Positions 49,301 through 60,604 of a stretch of 64,000 nt of DNA are shown one piece after another. Position 1 is the first letter of the stretch, and every line of letters begins with the position of its first letter. The position numbers were made by a program, and so were the translations under genes. The stretch is from Thalia democratica. Taxonomy: Eukaryota. The notes below the pieces were generated by a model, which made no database searches, was not told where the DNA came from, and worked only from the letters and a program-made list of their open reading frames with translations. The DNA lies in assembly GCA_965202585.1 (NCBI GenBank), contig OZ241834.1, forward strand, positions 32,178,001 to 32,242,000, written 5' to 3'.

Positions 49301-52300
49301 TAAAAACACATAGCAATCTAAACAACCTAGATTAATAACAAATTTCAAAAGAAAACACCAAACTATAAGTAACTTTGATAACTGTTGCTACTTATTAACA
49401 GTCAACAGCATTTCTTATAAAAGTGTGCACCAGTGCCTACTGTAGTGTGTATAAAATGTAATGTATTGTGCACACAAAAATTCACAATTAGTGACATTTT
49501 TTTAGGTTATTTTCAATTTTCATGAGCTGTTTTTCATACTTTTTAAAAGTTTGTAAAAATTTTGCAGTAACAAGTAGGACAAAATTATAACTGTAGTATT
49601 AGTAATTTAAAAATATTTTAATTTTAAATTCACTGTGTAATAAACTTTTTTTGTGATTTACAGTGCACCAATTTTGACAAATTCAAGAACAACTGGAAGA
49701 ATATGCTGTAAATAAAAATTTCCTGATTTTATTACTTTTAAAGCTTTAAAAACCTTATACCATTTAAACTCTGAGACAAATAATCTTTGTAATAAAAACA
49801 TTCCAAAAGACTGAAAGGTACTCCATTACTACAACCTGTACTCACTACTTATGTTTACTTTACTAATGTGAGATGAAAAAGTAGAAAAATTATAAAACAG
49901 GGGCGTTGTGTGGGGTGGTACATTGGAACGGATGTTCGACCTAATTTGGTCAACAAATTATTATGATGTTGTAAAACTGTTTTAATCATTGAAACTTTAA
50001 TAAACTTTTGTTTACAAAAAATTTGCTGTGATTTTTGTATTTTTATAAATATTAAAAAAACTTTCTTTTTTCTAATTTTTAGCACCCATACATGGTTGCC
50101 ACTGATCAAGCTGAGAAAAATTTCCTGACTTTTTCCTGACTTTTTACCAAAATTTTCCTGACTTTTCTAAATCATACTCTTAAATTTAACTTATTCTAAA
50201 ATACATAATCTAACACTTGAAACTATATAAAGCTTTCAATCTAATTTTAAAACAGGTTAAAAACAACAGTTTTTTGCTGAATTCTATGAAACTTCCAGTA
50301 CACCACTTAAACCATCTGTGTATGATTCATGTTTGTAATAAACAGCTCTATCAGCAAAATACTTGTATAATTACCTTATAAACAGAGCTTGTCTGAAAAA
50401 AGACATAATTTTTAGCATTTCCTAGCATAAATGTATCTAGATAAACAAATGACATATAAGGAACTTTTACAATATTTGTGTATATATCACAGTTTCACTA
50501 TGGAAGTGTCCTTGCTACAGATCATCTGTACTAAAAAGCTTACAAAATCTGCTTGTTCAAGTAGGGTACTTGTTCAATATGTTAATAGAAAATTTTTGCA
50601 GTTTTATAAAGGATATTTTACTAATTTATACCAGGTGAAGGCATTAGAAATAAATTAAATATTTTTGTAAATTTCCAGGAAAATTTTGGATTTTTTTTCC
50701 GACTTTAAAGGACTTTTAATCAACTTTTACCATTTGAAGGCTTTGAAAAACAAGGACATTTTTTAAATTTAAACTGACAAAATATGATTTTTTTTTTAAA
50801 TTTTATAGAATTTCCTGACTTTTCCTGACTTTTTTTCAAAACCCTAAATTTTTACCTGACATTTCCTGATCTCTGACTTTTCCTGACCGAGTGGCAACCC
50901 TGCCCATAACAAAAATAAAACGTCACCACTGCTATAAAATTAGTTTACTACCAATTTTTTTTTTGTATTTAAAAATAAGCCTTTTTGATTTTCATCTTGG
51001 ATTTCAATCACGAGAAATAAGTTTTGAAAACAATTTCAAAGACAATAAGAATTGTTCACAATTACTTACACGGTAGCAACGAAAAATATGAAAATATTTA
51101 TCAACTTAACAACAATTAATAAAAGATTTTTATTTCAACTAAAAGAAAATGCTTACTTTATAATTTGAATTATTCGTTATTTGGGAAAACATACATACTA
51201 GTTTATTGTAACAGAACAAAACGATTTAGTGTATAGCTGAATACACTTGAATAAACATGTATCATGGAAATACGCTGTATATCTAAATAACTTGGGTACA
51301 TAAACTTTTCTAACAAAGATTTAGAAAACTATTTTACTGAATTGAAACACTCTATTAAGTCTAAGTCATTACACTTTTTAAGAATTTCAAAACTGATTTG
51401 TAGAATAAACAAGAGTAACATATACAAAACTATGTTTAAAAAGTACAGTAGTTTTTTTTTTAATTTAGAGTTTGAAAAACAGTAATATATGACGTTGTAA
51501 AATATAATTTTATGAGGTTCATCTAACTCAAATAAGTTATAAAATTTCAACTACTTAAATATTGTAGTTTTATTTAAAAAAAATTAATTAGATAGTTCAC
51601 ATCAACACATTTCTTTATTGACAATAAAAAAGTATTGTAAACGCTATAAAATTGTCATAAACTATGAAGTTAAACTGTTAACAAAAGTAAAAATTAAAAA
51701 CATTAAATCTATTTCTAAACAAAGTTTACAAATTAAAAGTTAAGTAAAGTGTTACTTTAGAGGTACTTTTGTGGTAGTAAAGATTGTTCAGGGTTGCCAC
51801 TCGTTTTAAAAAAAAATTCTGCAGGTTTTCAAAATTTCCTCCAGATTTTTTAAAGTACACTTTTTTGGGTCTATTTTTAGTTTAAAGTTAAGTTTGAGGT
51901 AAGAAACTATGTTATATAGTATAAAAACATAGAAAAGATACTGAAAAGCTACTTTACATGTGTTAAAAAAAATATTTTTTTGATGATGACTATTTTTTTT
52001 TCTATATGATGAACTTTTTATGTCAAATCAAAATTTTACTACTGAACATGTTGAAATTGTTCAAAATTCCAGAGTTTTTTAGTGATTTTTGTTTAAACTC
52101 CAGGTTTTTCTAGGTTTCCAGGTAAAGTGGCAAACCTGATTATTACTGAGGACAGAATAACGTGTGAGATTTTTCTGCATTTAAAAGGTTTTTATGTATC
52201 TTATTTGCGTTCCAATAAAACAAAATGCTTAGTTTTTTAACAACATTTTAAATATTTTGAAATTACAGAGATAATTAGATAATGATAAAAGTAGATTTCG

Positions 52301-55122
52301 TTAAAGTTTATATGTGTATATTCTTTGCTGCAGAAATTACAACTTAATATCTTTGATGCTTTCGTTTTAAAATTTATTTTACTTATAGTTTCTTTCTGCA
52401 AGCACACATTATTCTCTGCATAAGCTGTACAACTCTTAATTGAAATTTATTTTTAATTAAAGATTAATTTACTATTAAAACAGTTGATTTCAAGAAAAAT
52501 AAGTAGCATCGGGTATGAAAAAAAAAATATTAACAATCAAAATTCAATAAAACTTATCGCAAATATTTTTTTTTCCAAAATTTCAGAAAAACTCAACAAA
52601 ATGAAATCATTATCTTTACATAATGAATAACTTTAATCATATTCATCAATACTAGCTTATTGACTTAGTGTTTTAACTATACTTTATACTCTTTTTGTTA
52701 AGTAAAAACTAAAAAAGTTATCAATATGAATAAAACAGTTCAACTTACATAAAAATTCTTTTGAATCATACACAGAAATATTTTGACTTATTAAATACAA
52801 CTTTTCTTTTTGTGTCATTTAAATAACATTATTTTAAAAACATAAGCTGAAATGAACTTTTTCAGGTACAAATTTCTGAAGAAACTTACTGCCATATTGA
52901 TTTTGAAAATTTAGTAAAATTTTTGAACAGTCCTTTAAAAAACTTGAAATTAATACCAACTAAGCTATGCAACATAGCTATAGGATGAATTAACAAAACT
53001 TATTCTTAATTAAGTATAAACATCAATGATTTTATATGTGACTACAACTTGAAAAAACTAACTTTGAATTTCTTAAATATTTGTTAAGTTCAACTACCTG
53101 CATTAATTTTTTGAATCAAGTTTAAAAAACAACAAAAAGTTAGAAAAAACACAAACTTTAAACGAATGGAAGGCTTAAGTACTTTGTTCTTTGATATAAT
53201 TTCAGTTGAAAGGAAAACAACATGATTAAGATTCTGAAAATATTTCTACATATGTAATCACTACAATAAATCGATAAAAACATAGTTATAATAAACTAAA
53301 CTTGGTTTTGTATCATAGTTGTTTTACTTGAAATAAATAAATATTTGTCTAAAATAAACTTCAAAACACTAATAAAGTACATTATCACAAAACCGTAAGA
53401 AAATTTTCTTTAAAAACAGAAAAAATTTAGTTTTTACCAATTGTTTGCTAATTTGTGTGTAAAAAAAAAGTGTTTGAAAGTTTTGGTATTTTAACTACAA
53501 ACAGTATTAGCTTCACATGAGTTCGAATCATATCAAATAATCGATAAATTTTGTATAAAGTTTCTAATTTGTAAAGTTTATAGATATTGTAAATAATTCC
53601 GTTATAATTTATATAAATTTCTCAACGCATGTTCTTTGTTTTATTTTTTTTGTCTCCAATAAAACATTAAATGCAGTACCCTTTGAAAAATCAACTAACT
53701 TATCATACAAAACTGTTAGGTGCAATTAACACACTTTAAAACAAAAACGCCAGCCTGAGTTTATGAGAAGTTGAAAAAAAATGTAAACCAAAATTGAAAC
53801 TGACTTACTTTTAATCAAGCTAAATACCTAAAAGTAGAAAAATAGCAAAAGGAATAAAGGAAATCAAACTTTATACAAACAAAGATTCAAAGTCGAAAAA
53901 CTAGTCTGAGATTTGTCACAAGTATATAAAACTATTCTGAGTCAGCAAGTTCACTTAAAATAGTTAACTTTTGATAAAAAGTAAAACTTAGTGTATTTTA
54001 AAGAAAATTTTCTTACGTGTTTGTGATAATGTAATTTATTAGTGTTTTGAAGTTTATTTTATACAAATATTTATTTTTCAAGTAAAACAACTATGACACA
54101 AACCATAATTAGTTTCTCACATATGTCCTGTCTTGGACGTTAAACTGTATCCGTGGTGTATGACTCGATAACCGAAAGGTTTTTCATACACCAGGTATAA
54201 CTTTTTATAACTAACAAAACTTTTTGAGCGTTTTTTTTAGTTTTATTTTTTGTTTAATATCAAAAGTAGGTTTTTATCGATTTATTGTAGTTATTACATG
54301 TGTAGAAATATTTTCAGAGTATTAATCATATTGTTTTTGTTTCAACTGAAATTATATTAAAGAACGAAATACTTGAGCATTCCATTCGTTTGAAATTTGT
54401 GTTTTTTCATCTACTTGATTCTAAAACTAAATGCAGGCAGTTGAACTTAACAAATGTTTTATAAATTCAAAGCCAGTTTTCTCAAGTCCAACCACATATA
54501 ATATGTTTTATGTCCATACTTGGTTAAAAATATCTTTTTTTAATTCATCTTATAGCTTTGGTGCATAGCTTAGTTGGTATTAGTTTTTTGTTTAAAAGTG
54601 ATGTTTAATTTTCTTTTCAATTTTCAAAATCAATATGACAGCAACTAAAAAGTTTTAAGTACACTGAGTTGGAAAAATTTTTTCAAAGATTCCAAACTAG
54701 CCAGACTGTGTTGCAGTCCTCGATAAATACAGAAAAATGTTTCCAAAATGACATCAAAAACATGACAAACAGATAAGTTTACACTTTTGTTAAGTTCATA
54801 AACTATCTTGAATATTGTACCCAAAAATTATGAACTTTTAGTCTTGTTTACTTTGTAAAGCTTTAAAAGCAAAACTGTTTCAAACATAAACCTTTGTTCA
54901 TATTTAGCTATTTGTCTTTTATAAGAATAATTGAAATACTTAGCACAATAAATACAGAGACATGGGTACTCTAAACATGTTTTAAGTTATTAGTTAAAAT
55001 TAAATGATAAGATGTAGAAAATTTTAATAAAGTTTTTTGTAAAGTATTTACAACTAACCAAAGTTTTTAAACTTTTGCTGCTGCTCAAACTTGTATCTCT
55101 GCTGTCGGTCGGGGTCGCTCAT
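37360..55122 (-). CDS. SYNRG: Synergin gamma (AP-1 accessory protein with EH domain), about 1071 aa. Exons: 55122-55059, 48234-48137, 47988-47910, 45689(or 45692)-45619, 43917-43732, 43429-41320, 41014-40727, 40009-39849, 37518-37360
   Basis: Splice phases chain consistently. EH domain AWLQETRIQFLPLVYHQVYEAS...LVHPILMQSLLPVDVLGGLWDASNKKVPGRLDRIELFTLLGLISLYQ resembles human SYNRG (LYPILMSSGLPRETLGQIWALANRTTPGKLTKEELYTVLAMIAVTQ). Many DFGDF/DFADF gamma-ear motifs and DKYAAFK. C-terminal WMEMLERALE...IDIAWNNILAF...CQIC...YHTTCANFYVN resembles human WQRCLGSAL...IDKVWNNLIGF...CGVC...YHASCANFWIN. Confidence 0.92.
38578..38963. mobile_element. hAT/Charlie-type MITE in the last SYNRG intron
   Basis: Ends gaggatttcccaaact / agtttgggaaaccctg, with subterminal gggcc motifs. 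Internal duplication at about 38653-38709 and 38795-38850. Confidence 0.75.
42909..43097 (-). repeat. Coding minisatellite in SYNRG, 27-nt unit x7 (FPPAGTQPT-like)
   Basis: Plus-strand units such as ggttgcattcccgcaggaggaaaagta and ggttggattcccgcaggaggtaaagta. Confidence 0.9.
43966..44085. mobile_element. 120-bp foldback/MITE-like element in a SYNRG intron
   Basis: Perfect 15-bp inverted repeat aaaattgcacgaggg / ccctcgtgcaatttt, plus an inner 19-bp inverted repeat (44017-44035 vs 44061-44079, one mismatch). Confidence 0.65.
45901..46205. repeat. Diverged tandem duplication (period about 177 bp) in a SYNRG intron
   Basis: gttaatgattttttaatcaa...atcaataaatattcgt occurs at 45901 and again at 46078. 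Confidence 0.85.
50091..50902. mobile_element. MITE, CAGGGTTGCC TIR family (tttcctgac sub-repeats)
   Basis: catggttgccact at 50091 and agtggcaaccctg ending at 50902, with clustered tttcctgact repeats inside both ends. Confidence 0.75.
51789..52138. mobile_element. MITE, CAGGGTTGCC TIR family (inverted relative to 210-541)
   Basis: cagggttgccac ... gtggcaaacctg. The interior is the reverse-complement homologue of 210-541. Confidence 0.8.
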
Positions 55123-55342
55123 TTTTTATTTTATTAACAAACACCTGCCAACACCAATGATTTACAAAATGAACCAAAATATATGTTAATGTTAAGTTAA
55201 TGTTGTGCCGAAACACTGAAAAAATTACTTTAAAATTCACACATGCATTACACTACTTTAAAATCAAATTGTACATTTAAACCCTGCTGTTGTGACACTA
55301 TTAAAAAAATTAAAACACTAAAACATTTTTTATCAAAGTCAC

Positions 55343-55908
55343 TAGGGTTGCCATCCCTCAATTAAACAAAACTGGCCTGAATGTTTGAAAACTAACCTGG
55401 TCAAAAACTTAACAATACTTTAGCATCTCCAGCGCACATATTTAATATTTTTTCTTTGCAACTACTAACTAATATATTAAACTTCTTAAAAAAACTTTCT
55501 TAAAACTTCTAAACAGCAAAAGTTTGGACCAGCTCTGAAACCAAAAAAACATATTTAATTGCAGAGTGACTACACATTAATAACTATCATCTTTAAAATA
55601 CCACCGATATTGTTTCAAAATAACTTAAACATATTTTAATTTCAAACTGTATTTAATGAAACTTAATAGCTAAAAAACTAGCATGGTGACTGAGTAAATT
55701 CCAGCTGTAAACGGAGTTTTACTCCTTACTTAAACAAAGAAATTAAGTTGTAGTAACATAAAGTTATTATTAGCTCTTGAGAATATTTAGTGTCAATACT
55801 TAAAGATATTTTGAAAACAAATCTGACAGACTTTGTTTTTATGAGAATTTCGGGTTGTTATTTGAAAATCTCACTGGTTTGACTAAGATTGCGGAATTGG
55901 CAACCCTG
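55343..55908. mobile_element. MITE, (T/C)AGGGTTGCC TIR family, between IKZF5 and SYNRG
   Basis: tagggttgcca ... tggcaaccctg. Internal actagc/actggcctga motifs also recur at about 53749-53960, 57380-57660 and 59428-59760. Confidence 0.7.
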
Positions 55909-56096
55909 TGTTTACTTTTAATCAATGTGTATATTTTAAAATAGTTACTACAATCACATACTAAAATACAAGAGGAAGTAAAAGTAAGAAAGTATAAAAA
56001 TATAGTGGATATCAAAAAAAATAATGTTCATCTTAGAAGTTAAGAAAACAAACTATTTTAAACTATGATTATCTTGTACTTATACATTGTTATACA

Positions 56097-56201
56097 TACT
56101 TTACAAACCTTTAATATTTAACCTTATATCATACAGTTACTACTTTACAAACCTTTAATATTTAACCTTATATCATACAGTTACTACTTTAAAAACCTTT
56201 A
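56097..56201. repeat. 44-bp tandem repeat, about 2.3 copies, downstream of the IKZF5 stop
   Basis: tactttacaaacctttaatatttaaccttatatcatacagttac is repeated exactly at 56097 and 56141. Confidence 0.9.
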
Positions 56202-56365
56202 AACTTTATCAAACTAGAAAAACTCAACATCAAGATTAGAAAGGTTATTTAAAAAACTTTAAAAGTTCAAAAGAAACTGTAAAAAACCAGTCAACTATCT
56301 TCGTTCCAACTTTGTATATGCAACAGTAGAGCGATTGTATATAATCTTCAGTGACTAATAAACAA

Positions 56366-58506
56366 CTATTTTGAGTGGCCCCTGGCAAAATGGCAGGCAA
56401 ACTGGATCGCGTCACCACAGTCGACCTGGCAGATATTGCACTTGAACGGGGAATCACCAGCATGGCAACCCATGTGCACAGTATACATGACATAGTCTTT
56501 GAACAAGATGCCACAGTGCTTGCACTCGTGCATGTTAGCGCTTGCGGATTCGCTCTTTTCTCCGTCAGTTTGAGTTGAAGTGCTAGCAGTGTCTGTGGAT
56601 GATGACACTAGCTTTTGCTGGTTGAAACTTTGCGCGTCACGCTCCTGCCTCTGCTGCTGGGTGAACAGGTCACTGGGAGGAGAGTACTTTCCAACGCCAG
56701 CTATCGACCTGTGCAGCAGCAAGTCGTTTGACGGCATGTAATCAGAGTTCAAAACACCGTCCTTGTCAAAATGCACAAAGTTGGCAGTGGAAATCAAGCT
56801 CTGCCTGTCAGAAATGGTCATGGGGCTCGTTGTTTGAACGGAGAAGACTTTTGGAAATATGGTGTCGCTCGCAGAAGACTTCTTAATTAATTTCAAATAA
56901 TTTTGATTCTGGCTCACCATGGTTGGTAAGTCGTTCTTCAGAATACTAAAAGCCGAAGAGCTCTGAGCATCACCCATGCCACTTGACATGAAACTAGAGG
57001 AATCGATTTCGTTGGACTGGGGCAGCATTGGTGACAAATTCTGCTGACCTGCTGAGTCGGGTCTGTTCCTCAGACCCGCTTGGATGTAGCTCTTGGTCCA
57101 GTTTTTGGCGCCAAGCAGCCTGTTCTTTTTTCCAGGGTTTCCCCTTCCAAACACGGGAACGGCTTGGTGCTTGCGCCTCCTGTGGCTGTTCAGGTTGCTC
57201 TTGTCGCTGAAGGGCCTCTGGCAGAACTCACACATGAACGGCTTCTCCCCTGCAATGCGAAAGTTTAAATTTGAACAAAGAATACAATTTCTAAAACAAT
57301 TACTTATAAAATATTCTCATATGGTTATTTTATTAGTATTGACATTTTTGAAGCAAAAAAAAAACTTAAGTGAATAAAAATGGCTGAGCTATTAAAAGAC
57401 TTAAAAAAAACAATATGAGCCAAAACTGAGAAAAACAACTTTAATAAAGCTTAAATGTCTAAAATTATCAAAACAATAAAAAAGGACTTGATAAAAACAC
57501 AACTTTAAATAAAAATTAAGTCAAAATACTATCCTGAGATTTAGGAAAGTTCTCAAAACTAGCATGAGTTTGGCAGAAAAAAACCAAACAAGTCTGTGTT
57601 TGCTGCTTTTAGTTTTACAAAATTCTTACACTAGCCTAGGTTATCCTGAGTAGTCTAAGTGTGACAATCGTGTTATATGATATAAATTACCACAATATTT
57701 AAAACTAAAATGGATAAATTACTCTAACTAATTTATTTCTTATTGCAAAATAGTAACCAGACATATAGGGTTGCCAAATGTTTTTGGAAAATTTTCTCAA
57801 GGTTTTCAAAATTTCTTCCAGGTTTTTAAATTTACTTTTTTTACGATCTATTTTTAAACTAAAGTTAAGTTTAAGGTAAAACACTGTGTTAAATAGTTTA
57901 AAAACATTAAAAAGATATCTTAAAGCTTCTTTAAATGTGTTTTTTAATTAAAAAAATTTTCATGATGAAAAAAAAAAATTTATCTAAACAATAGATTTTT
58001 GTGTCAAATTGAAATTTTACTACTTAACATAAAAAAGTTGTTTAAAATTTCAGGTTTTTCCAGGTTTTTTTTATAGATTTTTGTTCAAAATTCCAGGTTT
58101 TTTTTTTGAAATTTCTCAAATTACAGGTTTTTCTAGGATTCCAGGTTTTTAGCAGGATTCCAGGACATAGTTAATTTACTTTATTATTAGCTTTATCACG
58201 TAGCATCAAAAACTACTTTCATAAAAGTATTACACTGCAAAGCACCAGTTTTTAGTAACTACCTGTATGTCTCCTCATGTGAACCCTCAGGTTTCCAGGG
58301 TAGAAGGAAGTGAAGGGACACTGCATGCAGGAGTACTTTGACTTCTTACCGGAATGTGCCTCTTCCTCAACATTTGAACTATTGATGTTCAGCTGCACGT
58401 CGCTGGAGACAACATCTATCTTGCCAGCATCTTCTTTCTTGTTGTCCTCACTCTGCTTTTCCGTTGAGTTCGGAACCGTGTCTTCGATATCAACAATTCC
58501 TTCCAT
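56366..58506 (-). CDS. IKZF5: Ikaros-family C2H2 zinc finger protein, Pegasus type, about 375 aa. Exons: 58506-58263, 57249-56366
   Basis: A phase-1 intron joins ...[34 protein letters not shown], resembling Pegasus SDRSNLSHHRRRKH. C-terminal dimerisation fingers CKHCGILFKDYVMYTVHMGCH...PFKCNIC...QFACHFARGH resemble Pegasus DFACHFARGQH. The ATG at 58506 is inferred from an acceptor 11 nt upstream. Confidence 0.88.
57766..58165. mobile_element. MITE, AGGGTTGCC TIR family, in the IKZF5 intron
   Basis: Starts tagggttgcca. The interior is co-linear with 51789-52138, with ccaggtttt sub-repeats. The right TIR is not clear. Confidence 0.7.
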
Positions 58507-58925
58507 GCAAAATAATGCTATACAATTTATGAGTTCTGATGAATAATACTTGAAGTTTTGCAATTTTGAAAAATGTTAACTACTAATGATGTTTTCTAGT
58601 TAACTGTTTCAACAAAACTAGTTTGTAAAAAAATACCAACAAAAATTTCAGAAATATTTAATTTGTAAAGGCTTAATTTAATATCTTATCAATTAAACTT
58701 TTAATAAGGACATGCAAAGTATATTCAGCTATACAATTTATGAGGTCTGATATATTATATCTGAAGTTTTGCAGTTTTGAAAAATGTTGACTACTAATGA
58801 TTTTTTCTAATAAACTGTTTCACAAAACTAGTTTGTAGAAAAATACCAACAAAAATTTCAGAAGTATTTAATTTGTTATGACTTGGTTTAATATCTTATA
58901 AATTAAACTTTTAATAAGGACATAT
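58504..58925. repeat. Tandem duplication (period about 207-212 bp) overlapping the IKZF5 start codon and its upstream acceptor
   Basis: catgcaaa...gctatacaatttatgag...aaaactagtttgta...taaacttttaataaggacat occurs at 58504 and 58711. Confidence 0.9.
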
Positions 58926-60159
58926 AGATATCTTTTAATAAGGACATAAAGTGTAAGACTTAAAAATAAGCAGTTTTAAAGTATAAGTATTTATTTTTTG
59001 TTTTATTGTTTACAAGTTTGTATGTACTTCACTTTTTTTGAATTTTTTTATTGCTTATCATTATACAAATAACTACATAAAACACAATACAAGAAACCTT
59101 AGTGGAAAATAACTGTTTACTATTATTAAAAAAAATACTACTAAACCTTCATAAAAAAGATAAGATTATACATGTAAGACAAATGCTTACATGTATAAAA
59201 ATGTACAAAATGTTTGCACACACTACAAATTATTTAATATGAAATAGTTATAAATACAGTCAGTAAAGTATTTATAGTACTTAGTGTTTATACTTAAAGA
59301 GCAGGAAAACAATATTAGTCAAATTACAAAATTTTTACAAACTACAGTTGTTTCAAACTTTTAGTTTGTGTATTTTTTGTTATTATAAATTTAATAAAAA
59401 CAAAAGTTTCAGACATTAGGCAAATATGCCAGCCTGAGTGACCAAGACTAGCTATTGTTACATCAAACTAGCCATAGTTTATGAGAAAACTTGGAGAAAA
59501 GAGTATGAACTAAAAAAGTGTTGATGGAACTTAGATACCTAAAAATAACAAAACAATAAGATGGAATTCAAAAAAACAAAGGTTTGGACAAAAATCATTG
59601 AATTTTAAGGACTAGTCTGAATTTTTTTTAAAAGTCTCAGACTAGCCTGATTTTTGACCAAAATAATCAATCAAGCCAGAGTTTTTCAAAAAAAAAATAG
59701 TAGTTTTAGTTAACCTGAGTCTTTAAAAAAATCTCAAACTAGCCTAATAGTCTGAATGTGTTACAACATTTCATCTAATTCAACTTAAAACATCTAGTTT
59801 AATAGTTCATAAAGTAAAAAGGGAAACATTGCCCTCTTTTGGAAATCATTTGAGAAAGATGCATCAATGATTATTTCTTCAAAAAGGATCTGTTTTGTCA
59901 TGACCAGAATTGGTGTCATTGATTTTCCAGCAAATTTTAACAATAATTAGACCATTAAGTTTTACAACCAGTAAAGTTTACGGAGGGTAATTTCTTAAAG
60001 ACCTACTAGTTTAAGCTTCATTATCATACAAAATTAATGGCTTTTCAATGGGAAATATTGCCCTCTAACTGCTTTCTTACTTTGGTAACTACTGATTTAG
60101 TTATGCACAAACTAAAACTGTTCTTTAATGTCTTGAGCAGAATGGCAACTTGTGTTTTA

Positions 60160-60604
60160 TAAAAAATTCTAGGTTTTCTACTTTTTTAAGGTATTCTACA
60201 TTTCAAGGTTTTAGGCACCTTTTTAGTATAAAATCAAATTTATAGTTGAAAATACTTTAGTTGTATGAAATTATTAGTATAAAAAGTAGAACAGATACCA
60301 TGATGCTGCTTTAATTGTGTTTACAGTAAGTAAAACCTTAAAAAATACAGAGATATTTTATTTTATGTAATATTTATTTATTAGCTAATAATAGTAAAGA
60401 GACAATTTAAAACTTACAGTTTATTACTTAATGGTGTTTCATTCTCGCTTAAGTTTACATTTAACAAACTCATTCTTAGCTTACACAAATTTTATAATTT
60501 TACATATAAAGTTCTTAGAGTTTAATTTTTTTTTCATGTCAAACTCAAGTTTGTTTTTTCAAAATTATATAAGTTGTAGGTTTTCAGGTAAAGTAGCCAC
60601 CCAG
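60160..60604. mobile_element. Degenerate copy of the same MITE family
   Basis: Right end caggtaaagtagccacccag resembles caggtaaagtggcaaacctg at 52120-52138. The interior is loosely similar. Confidence 0.45.

Noticed and set aside
54150-54200. SECIS or hammerhead interpretation of the GAAA hairpin
   Set aside because: The ATGA pairs by Watson-Crick rather than forming the G.A quartet, and the CUGAUGA/GAAA hammerhead core geometry is absent.
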